From Thermoplasmatales archaeon (lineage in GTDB: Archaea; Thermoplasmatota; Thermoplasmata; Thermoplasmatales; Thermoplasmataceae), in NCBI GenBank assembly GCA_027310185.1, contig DAIDBH010000004.1:1-15106 (forward strand): a DNA stretch of 15,106 nucleotides. The letters run 5' to 3'. This document shows, piece after piece, positions 15,015 to 15,106 of the stretch (positions are counted from its first letter, which is position 1; each line of letters starts with the position of its first letter). Position numbers and translations under genes: made by a program. The notes below the pieces were generated by a model. That model saw nothing but the letters and a program-made list of their open reading frames with translations. It was not told the origin of the DNA and did no database searches.

Positions 15015-15106
15015 CTATCAAATATGATATACCATTCTTGTTAAAATACTTATCGCAATTCATCTCCTCTCTAAAGATCGGAGCTTTCTTGCTCATAAAT
15101 TTGTAA

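Larger units (their letters stand above)
13538..15102 (-). mobile_element. IS200/IS605-family element (tnpA + tnpB), complete, target tetranucleotide TTAC
   Basis: Related subterminal hairpins on the - strand: LE CTCCGATCTTTAGAGAGGAG and RE CTCCGATGCTTTAGCGAGGAG. TTAC (15106-15103) precedes the LE, with guide AAAG at +16..+19. The RE guide GAAC is at -35..-32 and the element ends in TCAG (13541-13538). Confidence 0.9.

Noticed and set aside
15095-15099. TTTAT (- strand) as the IS605 target motif
   Set aside because: The AAAG guide predicts TTnC, and TTAC at 15106-15103 gives the exact +16..+19 spacing.

Overview
This window looks archaeal, probably Thermoplasmatales-like. That is an inference from GGAGGTGA Shine-Dalgarno sites, a BRE/TATA leaderless promoter and the style of the PKD repeats. 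It reads as the interior of a virus-like or plasmid-like mobile element. The + strand carries a co-oriented, mostly translationally coupled cluster, in this order: a 5'-truncated giant PKD-repeat membrane-anchored surface protein, a 44-aa protamine-like peptide, a basic 114-aa protein with a motif recalled from giant-virus DUF5771, three membrane proteins, a small acidic protein, two 135-aa helical probable paralogs, a Zot/pI-like P-loop ATPase and an ArdC-like protein. An RHH-wHTH regulator follows, then a short tyrosine recombinase preceded by an 11-6-11 dif-like palindrome. Two complete IS elements that encode RNA-guided systems are inserted. The first is an IS110 (10723-12072) whose left end folds into a bridge-RNA-like structure with guide segments matching its own donor junction and insertion site. 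The second is an IS200/IS605 element (13538-15102, - strand; tnpA plus a compact 333-aa tnpB) whose ends follow IS608 geometry, predicting a TTAC target motif. No recognisable capsid protein, relaxase, replication protein, tRNA, rRNA or CRISPR array is visible.
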